DNA of 64,000 nt from Octopus sinensis (GCF_006345805.1 NC_043004.1:33666001-33730000), one strand, 5' to 3'; counted from the first letter of the stretch, positions 38,380-52,324 are shown. Numbers and translations are program-made. Notes: generated from the letters alone by a model not told the origin.

Positions 38380-38533
38380 TATAAACAAACATGTGCACAT
38401 GTCAATACAAATGCATAGACTTATTTTCATACCTACACACACATATGTATATACGCATGTATACTTATATGAGGAGAGTTCTATACAAACATCTACATAT
38501 GCACACACACCCTTATGCACACCCACACACACA

Positions 38534-38567
<34 letters not shown>

Positions 38568-38684
38568 ATCTCTCTCTCTCTCTCACACACACACTCACAG
38601 AGAATGTCTACAAGTATTGAGGTTAGAGTCAGCACTTCAAGGAACGAACATGTGTTAATGAATAATAAGATTCTTAACACTCAC

Positions 38685-38710
38685 GTCTCAGACTTCATTG
38701 GAGCAATTAT
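38685..38710 (-). CDS. Candidate 26-bp micro-exon (IIAPMKSET)
   Basis: tttgtatcatttcag acceptor and GAC|GTGAGT donor; one open frame. Confidence 0.28.
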
Positions 38711-38929
38711 CTGAAATGATACAAATTTCTTAGCAAACAAAACAATTTCATTTTGATCAAATGATCAATTACAGTCAAGATAAATATAACAGCTAACTGT
38801 ATTGTACTTATTGAACTCCTCGTTTATTAGTTCCAGAAATGAATGTGATGTGAGAGATAAACTTTCTGCCTCCTGCACTTAGTAATCTATTAGTTAAGGT
38901 ATGTTCATATATGTATACATATATATATA

Positions 38930-38987
<58 letters not shown>

Positions 38988-40060
38988 ATATGTAGGATAT
39001 ATATATATACAATGTATATATAGATAGATAGATAGATACAGATATATACATATATATGCATATATATATACACATATATATATAAGTATATATGTATATA
39101 TGTATATATATATATATATGCATGCATATATATATGTATATATATACATATAAATATACATATATATAGATAGATAGATGGATAGATAGATATGTAGATA
39201 TATATATATATGCAGCTACCAATGTGTATGTATAAATGTATGTGTGTGTGTGTACAGATACATATCAATACACAAATATATATAAATATATATATATATA
39301 ACTTTATCTTTCTCTCTCTCTCTCTCTCTCTCTCTGCATACATACATACCTACTTACATATACATTTATGTTTATATTTGCACACAAACACATTCATACA
39401 TACATTTATACATATATTTACAATGAATGTATGTATGTTGTGTGATTTTGAGCTGAAGAAAACCTGTCCGACTCCTGCTAACATGATCAAGCACTTGAAA
39501 GAATGATTTTGTTGTTGAAGATTACTTGAAAGACACATATAAACATTCACAGATTCATTTGCAGCTGTATACTCAATGAATTACTGACTCCTGTTTCACT
39601 TGGAGCATATTGTTGCTCACTCTGCTCTGTTGAGAAACAGTATATATTACAAAAGCCAGCAGTACCCATCAACTGGGAAACCAGTCTATCCTAGTGAGGT
39701 AACTAAGATACACTACGTTAGTGAACTTCAAACTATTGGCCACTGTAGTTGTCCCAAATGCAACTGCTGGTAATATAATCCCTGTTTGCATTTGGTGAGT
39801 GTATATTTTCCCTTCTTGTTGTTATCCCCATGATTTGTTATTACTCATCCATGATTAAACCATCCAGCCATGTTTCACACATAAACAGGTATCTAACCTG
39901 ACACCAGCAAACTGGGTACCATACCAGCTACTATGTCAGTAACTATTGTCATTGAAATCTCGAATCTTACAGAATATCATCTGCCTGGTGCCAATATACT
40001 GTCTCTTCTAGCATGTGGTGTATAAAATGGAACCAGCTGCTCCCATTGCCAAATAGTCCA

Positions 40061-40430
40061 CAGTGGCTGTGTGGTAAGTAGCTTGCTTACGAACCACATG
40101 GTTCCGGGTTCAGTCCCACTGCGTGGCACCTTGGGCAAGTGTCTTCTGCTATAGCCTTGGGCCGACCAATGCCTTGTGAGTGGATTTGGTAGATGGAAAC
40201 TGAAAGAAGCCTGTCGTATATATGTATATGTTTGTCCCTGTAGCATTGCTTGACAACCGATGCTGGTGTGTTTACGTCCCCATCACTTAGCAGTTCAGCA
40301 AAAGACCGATAGAATAAGTACTGGGCTTGCAAAGAATAAGTCCCGGGGTCGATTTGCTCGACTAAAGGCGGTGCTCCAGCATGGCCGCAGTCAAATGACT
40401 GAAACAAGTAAAAGAGTAAGAGTAAAGAGT
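40061..40430 (+). mobile_element. SINE family A, full length
   Basis: Matches family A. Confidence 0.9.
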
Positions 40431-40578
40431 TCCTGAACTGGCCAACGATGGCTTTAATATTGTCACCTAGTTATTGGGTTCTAAATTTCTATATAATTTC
40501 CTTCATTTTAACTTCATATCTCAGAAGCTGGGCACATTTTTTGCTTATAAAATGTTAAGTCTAGAGGAGCTGTTTTAA

Positions 40579-40616
<38 letters not shown>

Positions 40617-40757
40617 ATATTTATGTGTCTGTGTATAAGCTTGACTATATGTAATGTGATATTAAGTCAACGTGTTATTTTTGTATGTGTGTGTGCATAT
40701 ATGTGCACACATGCATGAGTGTGCACATACATGCACATATGTATACATACATGAGTG

Positions 40758-40842
<85 letters not shown>

Positions 40843-40903
40843 GTCCAACCCATGCTAGCATGGGAAACGGATGCTAAACGATGATGATGATGATGATTGA
40901 TGA

Positions 40904-40942
<39 letters not shown>

Positions 40943-41150
40943 TATACATATATAGTCAATTCAAATAAGCAAATAAAAACAGACAACATGAGTATGCGCA
41001 CAAGAAATGTATTAGCTTGATGCTTGGTGAAAGAAAAGAGTTTGATGTTTTAAGCCTGGCTCTTCATTGGAGAGGAGAAAGGGAAAATTCCAAAGCAGGA
41101 ACAAAAATTGCCAATGGCATGTGTGTTGTTACATTGCTGTAGTATGTATG

Positions 41151-41182
<32 letters not shown>

Positions 41183-41472
41183 CTCCTTGGAGTAGTAATT
41201 GTGTGCGGCTGGAGAAGGCTATTGACATACAAATTACATCAATTATGCATTGATATAAACCGTCTAATAAAAGCCAGAAAGATATGTACCGCTAAATCCT
41301 TTGCATCATGTTTTTATTTTGATAAATATATATATATATATATATGAATGCATATAAATGTATATAGATATATGTATGTATGTATGTATGATATACATGT
41401 ATATATACATATATATATAGACATACATAATACATACATACATGCATACATACATATACATACAATATATAT

Positions 41473-41506
<34 letters not shown>

Positions 41507-41594
41507 ACGGGAAGCTTTATGAAAATAAACAAAAGACGAAGGCAGGTGGAAAACAAACGAACAATTGTATTAGTATGGCGCTCAGGAAATATAA

Positions 41595-41628
<34 letters not shown>

Positions 41629-41657
41629 CATGTATATATATGTATATATGCATATAT

Positions 41658-41761
41658 ATTACAACAAAATTTTATATAGAGTTACCCAAGGTTTTGTACC
41701 CACAGGGCTTTGGATTTGTGGGTGTGAAACCTTTGGTAACTCTATAAAATTTTGTTGTAAT
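41658..41761. repeat. ~45-bp imperfect hairpin with 12-nt loop
   Basis: attacaacaaaattttata...acccaca / tgtgggt...tataaaattttgttgtaat. Confidence 0.8.
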
Positions 41762-42489
41762 AATTACTGCTCTATTTTTTAGAGTATACTTCTTTCTGAT
41801 ATAAGTGTTTTTATTAACTATATATATATATATTAACTATATATATATATGTGTGTGTGTGTATTATTATATATATATATACACACACATATAAAAAGCC
41901 AAGTTGACCTCAATTATGTTGGATGTCACAAACAAGAGAGATCCAGATATACACCACAAACTATTTCATTGATTTTCTAATTATTCTACCAATTTACCTA
42001 TGCTAAATTGAATGGTATTGCCTAGGTGCCAAAACTATAGTGATATCCGTTTAGACAGCTGATGATGGGAATGCACATATGATATGCTCAGTTGTGAATT
42101 TCTTATATCTTATTATTCTGAACTGTCCATCATTCTTGCAATGGTGGTGGTGGTGGTGGTAGTGATGGGGTGGTGGTGGTGATTATGGTGATATACATTT
42201 GTCATTTAACTGAAATCTTTCAGCATATAACGAAAATAATTGCCACATAGGCTGTCTAAAGACCAAGGCTTTTGCTTTTCTTTTAGCAAATTAGAATTAG
42301 GGCAATTTCTGGTATAATTAACGCTTGAAGCTCAGATATTTCTGAGTTATTTTTGATAAGTCCCTTTTTGTGTTTGTATGTTCTGTAGCCCTGAAAATTC
42401 ACAGCTGTGGCATAAACATTTTGTTTGATTTATCATCAACCCTCAGGTAGTGAATGTAACTCATGAAAAATTTCAGGATTTCATGGTTT

Positions 42490-42930
42490 GGCAAGGTGTG
42501 ATAAGAAGCTTGCTATCCAACCACATGGTTCTGGGTTCAGCACTACTGTGTGGTACCTTGAGCAAGTATCTTCTGTTATAACTTCAAACTAACCAAAGAC
42601 CTGGGAGTGGATTTGGAAGATGTAAACTGAAAGAAGTCTGTCATATATATATATTAAAATAGAAAATTACCCTTTAACAGGTAATTTTTACATGCTAGAA
42701 ATAGCAGCTAACACGGCCAAAACCACAATTTAATATCAAATTTCGAAGTAAAATAAAAATAAAAACTTTTACCTTGTTATTTATTGACTATTGACTATTT
42801 ATACATGCTAGGCCACTGGTGGTGATATTTATAACGAATATTCGCCACCCTATAGATGTATATATATATATATATATATATTATATAAAATTCAAAATAT
42901 TACATTATATAAAATTGTTGAAATTATATA

Positions 42931-42971
<41 letters not shown>

Positions 42972-43380
42972 GCATAGGAGTGGCTGTGTGGTAAGTAGCT
43001 TGTTTACCAACCACATGGTTCCGGGTTCAGTCCCACTGCATGGCATCTTGGGCAAGTGTCTTCTACTATAGCCTGAGGGCAACCAAAGGCTTGTGAGTGG
43101 ATTTGGTAGACGAAAACTGAAAAAAGCCCATTGTATATATGTATATATACATATGTATATGTGCGTGTGTGTATGTTTGTGTGTGTTTGTCCCCCCAACA
43201 TGGCTTGACAACCGATGCTGGTGTGTTTATGTCCCTATTACTTAATGGTTCAGTTAAAAAGACTAGAATAAGTAGGAGGCTTTAACAAATAATGAATACT
43301 GGGGTTGATTTCTTTGACTAAAATCCTTCAAAGCAGTACTCCAGCATGGCCGCAGTGTAATGACAGAAACTTGTAAAAGA
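42490..43380 (+). mobile_element. SINE family A: 5' half (42490-42650) and full copy (42975-43380)
   Basis: Matches family A. Confidence 0.8.
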
Positions 43381-43614
43381 CAGGGATTAAAGATTCAGCC
43401 ATTTGGGAAGGTTTGTATCGTTTAGTGCAAACTTTTTCCTAACAATTGGTTTCAGTTTTGCTCTTACAAGTTAGGGACCCTTTAAGTACATAGACCCATA
43501 CAAAACTCTAATACAGAGACCCTGAAAGCCATGTTTACACATTATGATAAATTCATTTAGTTGAGTCTTGTTCTCAATGAGGGTCCAGGTAACTTTAATG
43601 CTTGAGCTCCTGTA

Positions 43615-44075
43615 TGTATGTACGTATGTATGTATGTATGTATGTATGTATGTATGTATGTATGTCTGCATGTATATAATGTATGTATGTATGTATGTAT
43701 GTATATATGTATGTGTGTATGTATGTATTATGTATATATGTATGTAGTATGTATAATGTATGTGTGTATGTATGTATGTAGTATGTATGTATGTATGTAT
43801 GTACGTATGTATGTATGTTATGTAGTATGTATGTATGTATATATGTATGTGTGTATGTATATATGTATGTGTGTATGTATGTATGTATGTACGTATGTAT
43901 GTATATATGTATGTACGTATGTATGTATGTATGTATGTATATATGTATGTGTGTATGTATGTATGTATGTATGTATGAATGAATGTATGTATGTATGTAT
44001 GTATGTATGTACGTATGTATGTATGTATGTATGTATGTATGTATGTATGTATGAATGAATGTATGTATGTATGCA
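43615..44075. repeat. (TATG)n microsatellite, about 460 bp
   Basis: Directly visible. Confidence 0.95.
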
Positions 44076-44077
44076 TA

Positions 44078-44318
44078 TATTACATGGTGTGGATGTGGGT
44101 TTCTTTAAAACTAAACTGGATCTCTTCTTGTTGGGAGTCCCAGATGAACCTACCTCACGACAGGAGACGCGGATGCGGGCAGCAGCATCGAACTCCCTTG
44201 TTGATCAAGTGCCACGTATCAGAGGTGGATTCACAAACTAGTGTAGCTCATTCAGCGGTGGTGCCCCAGCATGGCCGCGGCCTTCGGGCTAAAACATTTT
44301 TAAGGATTTAAGGATTTA
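44078..44318 (+). mobile_element. CR1/L2-group LINE 3' end inserted in (TATG)n
   Basis: FKTKLDLFLLGVPDEP...RAAASNSLVDQ* followed by a short UTR and a (ttaaggat)n tail. Confidence 0.75.
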
Positions 44319-44724
44319 TATGTATGTGTGTATGTATGTATGTATGCATGTAAGAATGTATGTATGTATGTATATATGTATGTATGTATGCATGCATGCA
44401 TGCATGTATGTATGTATGTATGCATGTATGCTTGTATGTATGCATGTATGTATGTATGTATGCATGTATGCTTGTATGTATGTATACATTATTATCATAT
44501 ACACGGCCCAGCTCAGAACACTGCTCTAGTTGATGAAGGCCACATATTTTTATCAATGCTGGAACATGCCAAACATTGTAATCCAGAGGTCACATATTAC
44601 AAAGTAGATTAAGGGGATAAGGAAATATCATTTGCATATTTGTGTAAGAACATAGGGGATGTAGTCTTGATTGCAATTGATTAAATTGATTAAATTGATT
44701 AAAAGAAGAAAATTTAATGATTTT

Positions 44725-44930
44725 ATTTTTTACTTGTTTCAGTCATTAAACTGTGGTCATGCTGGAGCACCACCATCAAGGGTTTCAGCTGAATGAACTG
44801 ACTGCAGTACTTAGTATTTTTTAAGGCTGGCACTTATTCTATCATTCTCTTTTCCTGAACCACTAAGTTACAGGGACATAAATACACTAACACTGGTTGT
44901 CAAGCAGTAGTAGGGGACAAATATAGATAT
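44725..44930 (-). mobile_element. SINE family A, 3' half
   Basis: Matches family A. Confidence 0.8.
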
Positions 44931-44934
44931 CCAT

Positions 44935-45445
44935 GCATACAGTTTATACCTGTAATTATTGGGGCCCTGGGATATGTAACACACTGCCTAAATAACAATC
45001 TTGAGAAATTAGGCTTCTCAAAACCAGAAAGGAGAAAGCTGATTCGAAGGCTACAGATCCAATCCATCACTGGAACTGTAAAAATCTGTAAAACTTTCCA
45101 GAAGTTTATCATTTAAATATATATGAGCATGTTGAGATATGCGACTACACGCATGAGAATACATACATAAAACATACACATCTGCACATACATACATATA
45201 TACATACATGCATGCATGCATACATACATACATACATGCATACATACATACATACATGCATACATACAAACATGCATACATGCATACATACATACATACA
45301 TACATACATACATACATACATACATACATACATACATACAACAAAATTACTGTGTTGTTGATGTTGAAATTCTAATGAAGGAGCCTTGAATCTAGGTTAG
45401 AAACCAGCTCTTTCTTTATTGGCAACAAATCTTGAAATAAAACTG
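44935..45445 (+). mobile_element. REL-endonuclease non-LTR element 3' fragment associated with (ACAT)n
   Basis: Frame IPVIIGALGYVTHCLNNNLEKLGF...LQIQSITGTVKICKTFQKFII*. The UTR contains and ends in (ACAT)n. Confidence 0.7.
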
Positions 45446-46190
45446 AACAATGACACACATACATATGTACATACATATATACACACATACAGACATACAC
45501 ACACACACATGACAGGCTTCTTTCAGTTTCTGTCTACCAAATCCACTCACAAGGCTTTGTTCAACCCAAGGCTGTAGTAGAAGACACTTGCCCAAGATGC
45601 TGCACAGTGGGTCTAAACCCAGAGTCATGTGGTTGCGAAGCAAGCTTCTTACCACATTGCCATACCGGTGCTTTCCACACAGCCATGTTGTAGAAAGATA
45701 ATGAGGAAAATATTAGGAGGGAAGAAAGGTAAGACAAAAACAAAACAAACAAAACTCAGAATAATATTCATTTCATTTTTCATTTACTTGTTTCAGTCAT
45801 TTGACTGCGGCCATGCTGGAGCACCGCCTTTAGTCAAGCAAATCGACCCCAGGACTTATTCTTTGTAAGCCTAGTACTTATTCTATCGGTCTCTTTTTGA
45901 GCCGAACCGCTAAGTGATGGGAACGTAAACACACCAGCATCGGTTGTCAAGCAATGCTAGGGGGACAAACACAGATACCCAAACACACACACATACATAC
46001 ATATATATATATATATACATATATACGACAGGCTTCTTTCAGTTTCCGTCTACCAAATCCACTCACAAGGCATTGGTCGGCCCGGAGCTATAACAGAAGA
46101 CACTTGCCCAAGATGCCACGCAGTGGGACTGAACCCGGAACCATGTGGCTGGTTAGCAAGCTACTTACCACACAGCCACTCCTGCGCCTA
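45445..46190 (-). mobile_element. SINE family A: 5' half (45445-45690) and full copy (45780-46190)
   Basis: Reverse complement of family A. Confidence 0.85.
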
Positions 46191-46559
46191 ATATATATAT
46201 TTTTTTTGTTTTGTGCCATTCCCTGTCACATGAACTGGTAGGTAAACATGGTCACTTAAAAATGTTACTTTAGGAAAAGTTTGACTGAGAAATGTGTAAT
46301 GGCGTGTGTACATTTGTCTAAGAGAGACTTAGTTGTTATAGTTGTGTTTCCAATTAATTAAACAGAAATTTAATAATTTTCTGAAAGATAATAATGAAAA
46401 AAAAAAAATAATTAGATGGCAAAGAAACATTGGAAAATAGCAACAAAAAAAAAATAATAACAAAAAAACAATTATAAATGCTTAATTTTTTTTTTTTACT
46501 TTTGCATTGCCTGACTAGAAATTGAAATGTAAACATGGTAATGCGAAAACTCTCACTGT

Positions 46560-46569
46560 TCACACACAC

Positions 46570-46644
<75 letters not shown>

Positions 46645-47100
46645 ACATATACACACACACACATAGATACACACACATGCACACGCGCACGCAAACACAC
46701 ACAAACACAAACACACACATACACACACATACACACACACACGCAAACTTATACACACACACACACACACATGCACACATATACACATACGCATACACTC
46801 ACATTCACTCACACTTACATGCGCATTCACATATGCTCATTTACGCACACACACATACACATACATACACACATTTACATATGTACGTACACCACACACA
46901 CACACTCATATACACATACACACACACATATACACTCACATATACACATACACTCACATTCATTCACGCTCACATGCTCATTTACGCATGCGCACAAACA
47001 CATACACACACACACGCACACACACACACACATTACACATTCACTTGCTCTTACATGCTCATTTACACCCACCCACACACCCACACACCCACACACATAC
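46560..47100. repeat. Degenerate (CA)n tract
   Basis: Directly visible. Confidence 0.95.
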
Positions 47101-47423
47101 ATAGTATGTAAATATTTGAAAGTCTTTCACTGTAAAAGCAAATTCTAAGAACGTCAACACATTTGTGTTTTGCCATCAATCTACAGTAAAAAAAAGGGGG
47201 AGCTAACTCCCACTGGACACGTTTTCAGAGTCTGTTGACCAATTGTCAGTGAAGACGTGCTCCACTTTTTTTCCCACCAAAAAGTCTTGTATATTCAGAA
47301 GCTATGTAAAGAAGAAAAATTTAGCTAGCACCGTAGGGGACAGACTAATTAGAATATCAGTGCTTTTGGCAGCTTGGCATTAGTTAAATAAGATATATTC
47401 ATGTACAAAACAGTGTATTTGTA

Positions 47424-47460
<37 letters not shown>

Positions 47461-47467
47461 AAGTGTA

Positions 47468-47503
<36 letters not shown>

Positions 47504-47510
47504 TATATAT

Positions 47511-47702
47511 AGTTGCCATGATAGATCGTTAGCCACTACACACAGTTTTTTCTCTCCTTGTTCCTTTTCTGTGTCCCTTTCTGTAGAAGAGCGTAGGCTC
47601 GAAACGTAAAAGACTTTTTCTATTCCTGAGCGTTATACTAATACATCTGTTTACTTTGTACACCACCTGTCTTCGTCTTTTGTTTTTTTCGTAAACTTTC
47701 CC
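47511..47702 (+). mobile_element. TA-flanked ~190-bp element with hammerhead motif (47577-47612)
   Basis: cttt-CTGTAGA-a-gagc(gtag)gctc-GAAA-cg-TA-aaag. Paralogues on the minus strand at 49861-50050 (CTGATGA core), 40954-41120 and 41505-41595. Confidence 0.75.
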
Positions 47703-47940
47703 TATATATATGTATATATATATTTATATATAAGTAAATAATTTATTTACTTATGCTACAAATTACTGCACATTAACTCGGAGTTTCTACCTTTGAATAG
47801 GTCACTACATCCTTGTTACTTGCATGAATTTTGCTACTCTTGTAGCTGTTTATTGAATTTTCCATGTTAACAGTAAACAAAGGATAATTCATTCATCCAT
47901 TATTTATATATATATATGTTTATATGCATATATATGCACA

Positions 47941-48828
47941 TGAGGTGGTATCAAACGGTTCCAGTACTAGTTATGTTTAATAAAAAATAACTTATTTGCC
48001 CAAGTTTTAACATCTTCTCCCTTGAAATAATCACCTTGCACAATGATACACCACTCCATGTATTCCTGCCACATCTTGGCATTCCTGGCTTGGAACTCAA
48101 TTTCTGTAAGCGAGTCATGGACCTTCTGTGATTCACTCTTGATCTTGACAATGGTGTTAAAACAGCGACCTTTGAGCTGCCTTTTCATCTTGGAGAAAAT
48201 ATGGAAGCTCATGGGTGCTAAATCTGGTGAATAGGCTGGGAGTAGAAGCGATGCCATGTTGTTTTTGGTGAGAAACTCATGAATGAAGAGAACTTGGTAA
48301 AGAATCCAATTCTTCATACACCACAAATCTGGTCACTTTTGCCAAGTGTCTTCCCTCAAATGGATCAAAACATCACAGTAGAACTCTCGATTGATGGTCT
48401 GGCCCTGGGGGATGGATTCTCAATGCACAATACCACACTTCCAGGGGTGGCACTTGAGGCAGGTCTTTCAGATTGCTCATCATCTTTTAGAGATGTTCTT
48501 CCACTTTTGAAGTGTCTGTGCCACTCAGAACATTGTGTATGACCAATTGTCTTGTCATCATAAGCTTAATGTCTCTGTAGAAGACTTCTCAAGTTTAATG
48601 CAAGATTTCATGTTGGCTCTTTGTTCCTGTTCATGACAAAATCACAGACTACAGCATACATCTGATTACAAAAGCACAAATTTCACAACCTGCAAAGTAA
48701 ACATAGCAATCCCACTTGTCACAGTGCCTCATCAAGATCAATGCTAACTATTACTGTGCACACAACTGTGTGCTGCCATCTGTTGGCATGCTACAGAACT
48801 AGTCTGGGAACTTTTTGATACCACCTCA
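47941..48828 (-). mobile_element. mariner (DD34D-type) internal-deletion derivative with both TIRs
   Basis: About 32-bp TIRs tgaggtggtatcaaa...actagtt, TA at the right end, EQRANMK..IKL...EWHRHFKSGRTSL N-terminus fused to ...PAYSPDLAP...KGRCF...GDYF. Confidence 0.9.
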
Positions 48829-48844
48829 TATATATATATGTGTG

Positions 48845-49135
48845 TATCATCATCTTCATTTAACATCCGCTTTCCATGCTGGCATGGGTTGGACGGTTTG
48901 ACGCGGACTAGCAAACCAAATGGCTGCACCAGGCTCCAATCTGATCTGGCAAAGTTTCTACAGCTAGATGCCCTTCATAATGCCGACCACTCCAAGAGTG
49001 TAGTAGGTGCCTTTACGTGCCACTGGCATGAGCACCAGTCAGGCAATTCTGGCAACGACCATGCTCAAAAGGTGTTTTTACATGCTACTTGCACAGGAGC
49101 CAGTCTGGTTGCACTGGCAATGATCACGCTCAAAG
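48845..49135 (-). mobile_element. RTE-derived 3' UTR fragment
   Basis: Family 3' end and two internal repeat units. Confidence 0.85.
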
Positions 49136-49860
49136 ATATATATATATATTATATATTATATATATATTATATATAATAGAGAGTATTGTAGTTCGCTTGA
49201 AGCACTGTGTATTGTTTGTGAAGAATAAAAAGTTTTGAATGGTACAACAATGCACTATAATACAAAAAATGGACTATATACCTGTTGTAATTTAGTTATC
49301 CATAGTCTGATAATATTTCAGAAAACAATTCCTTCTTCAGATATTCTTAGATGGAGTCGCTGCTATGATTGGCTTCCCAATGGCTTTTCTTTTTTCGGAA
49401 GCATCTCAGCATTGGTCACACGAAGCTCCTTCAGGAATTCCTCATGAGAAGTGCATGAGGTCGGCTATGTTTCAATCTTGTGTGTGTTGGTACATCTGAG
49501 TGCTGCTTCTAAGTTATGCATTATACATGCAGCTTCCATTCTGTTGTATATATTCTGTTGTATCTCTTTTACTGCCTTATAATTTAACACATTCACTGGG
49601 AAAATTTCCATTTCTTTTTTATTTTCCTAAAATTTTCATTGTGTCTTGCAACCTTTTCAATTGATGCAACAAAAATTTTAGAAAAATAAAAAAAGAAATA
49701 AGTGGAAATTTAACTAGTGAGTGTGTTAAATTATAAAGCAGTAAAAGAGAATGACTCTCCACAGACATAACAGAGTATGCTTCAGCACATGAATTCACAT
49801 AAAGAATCTTGCAAACCAAATCCCAAAACTAATATACATACATACACACATATATATATT

Positions 49861-50050
49861 ATCGTTGAAATTTACAGTAAAACAAAAGATGAAGACAGGT
49901 GTATAAACAACAAACAGGTGTATTAGTTTTATGCTTGGGAAGGTGAGAAAGTCTTTTGTGTTTCAAGCCTATGCTCTTCATCAGAAAGGAACATGAGGAA
50001 ATAAAGAGAGTGAGAATAAAAAAACTTTTGGATCTAGAGGTCGATCATAA
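49861..50050 (-). mobile_element. TA-flanked hammerhead-bearing element (paralogue of 47511-47702)
   Basis: Minus strand: ccttt-CTGATGA-agagc(atag)gctt-GAAA-ca-CA-aaag; the cleavage triplet is mutated. Confidence 0.7.
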
Positions 50051-50159
50051 ATATATATAGACATATATGTATGTATATACGTATACATGTGTGTATATAC
50101 GTATATATGTGTGTGTATGTGTATATGTAGAGGTATTTATATATGTCTTTTATCATTTA

Positions 50160-50360
50160 ACTTTTACCTTTCACTTGTTTCAGTCTTTGGACTGTGGCCA
50201 TGCTGTGGCACTGCCTTGAAAAACTTTTAATCGAATGAGCTGGCCCCAGGAGTATGTTTTAAATGTGGCAATTACTCTATCAGCTTCTTTTTGTCAAGCC
50301 ATTAAGCTAGAGGGATGTAAACACCACCAGGGGTTGTCAAGTGGTGGTGGGGGACAAACA
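50160..50360 (-). mobile_element. SINE family A, 3' half
   Basis: Matches family A. Confidence 0.75.
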
Positions 50361-50435
50361 CAGACACACACACATACACTCACACAAAGACACACACACA
50401 CAAACACACACACTCACACAAAGACACACACACAA

Positions 50436-50468
<33 letters not shown>

Positions 50469-50589
50469 ACACACACAAACAAACACACAAAAACAAACAT
50501 ACACACACATAAAAACACACTTGCACACACACACACACACAATAGCTTTCACACACACACTCAAACACACAAACACACACCTACATATA

Positions 50590-50880
50590 AGGTATTCAGC
50601 TCACAATTGTAAAATCATGAGTTTGATTCCCAACAGTGTGTTGTGTCCTTGAGCAAGACACTTCACTCCATGTTGCTTCAGTCCAGCCAGCAGGCAAAAA
50701 GGAGTAGTAACTGGACTTCAAAGGGGCCAGTCTTGTCACATTCCGTGTCATGTTGAATATTTCCCATTCAGAGTATGCTTGTCTGTGGAGTACTCAGCCA
50801 CTTGCGGGTTAATTTCAAAAGCTGGCTGTTCTGTTGATTGGATCCTCTGGAACCTCATCATTGTAGCCGAGGGAGTACCA
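50590..50880 (+). mobile_element. tRNA/CORE-like SINE family C
   Basis: B-box-like gagtttgattccc and CORE-like ccttgagcaagacactt, followed by a distinct body. Confidence 0.6.
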
Positions 50881-51573
50881 GTGTGTAGATTGGAGAAGGT
50901 CTGACACTTGCTTCTACAGCTCAAGGAACCATCTACGAAATTCCACAGAGGCTAATATTTAATCAGGTAATACAAAAAGGTGTTTGTCTTCAACATTAAA
51001 AGGCTTCAAGCTAGACAATTCTTGAAAACAAAACACTGCAGTTAAGAGATGCTAAGAAAACTCCTATGAGATAATCAAAGACAGTTCTGAGATAATACTT
51101 TTATTCTATAAGAGATAAACATTTGTTTCTAATTTGAAAAAGACTATTTATAAATTTCAGAATTGTGTAATTGGTAACTTATTTAACTCTTGAAGTTAAC
51201 AGATATGTTGTTGAATTCTTGTCAAGTGTTAGTCTTGCAATCTCGAATTAGTGATTACAAATGTATTGTTTATATATTAAAAAATACTATCTACTAATAA
51301 TCTATTTATATTTTTGGAATTAAATGTAATCCATTCAGTGAATAAAGAAGAGATATCTTATGATACTAGACATCAACAGAAGTTATTCCCTCTCACTCTC
51401 TCTCTCTCTCTCTCACTCCCTCTCTCCTTTTCTCTGTGATAAGTGGCTAAGAGAAGACGTACAAGACTGCTGGGAACTGTGGTAACTGTTTCAATATAAT
51501 ATATAAACATTTTTAGTTAATTCAAGAGATAAAACTTATAAATGCAACGTGATATGAATATTAGAATATTTAC

Positions 51574-51640
51574 CTGACAAGGTAGACGACGCACATTGGA
51601 GTGCTTGTTTGCTGATACCAAATTCTTGGTTACAACTCAA
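51574..51640 (-). CDS. Candidate 67-bp exon (LSCNQEFGISKQALQCASSTLS)
   Basis: tttacttcaacag acceptor and CAG|GTAAAT donor; only the phase 0-1 frame is open. Confidence 0.3.
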
Positions 51641-52158
51641 CTGTTGAAGTAAACTTGTGTGAAAATCTCTAATTATTATGAAATGCAATGATTTAGGGGG
51701 GAGTTCTAATGAAAAAAAAGTTGGTGAGGAATGGTTTCTTTTGATTCTAGGCCCTGGTTGCAGTGTTATGGAGTTTGCTTCACAGTCATAAGGTTTTAAG
51801 TTCAGTCCCACTCAGTCAAGGGTCTTCTACTTTGGCCCTGAGTTCACAAATGCTTCTGGGTAAATTTGTAAGATGGAAACCATGCAGACATTAAATATAC
51901 ATACATACATGCATACATACATACATATGTACATACATACACACATACATGCATACATACATACATACATACATACATACATACATACATACACACACAC
52001 ATACATACATACACATACATACATACATACATACATACATACATACATACATACATACATACACAGACACAGACACACATACACACGCACACTCACGTAT
52101 ACACACATGTTTCTTTTTTATACACCTGTCTTTGTCTATTTTTCTGTAATTCCAACTA

Positions 52159-52253
<95 letters not shown>

Positions 52254-52324
52254 TGTATATATACATGTATATATATATGTATAATATGTATATATATATG
52301 TGTATATATATTATATTATATAAT

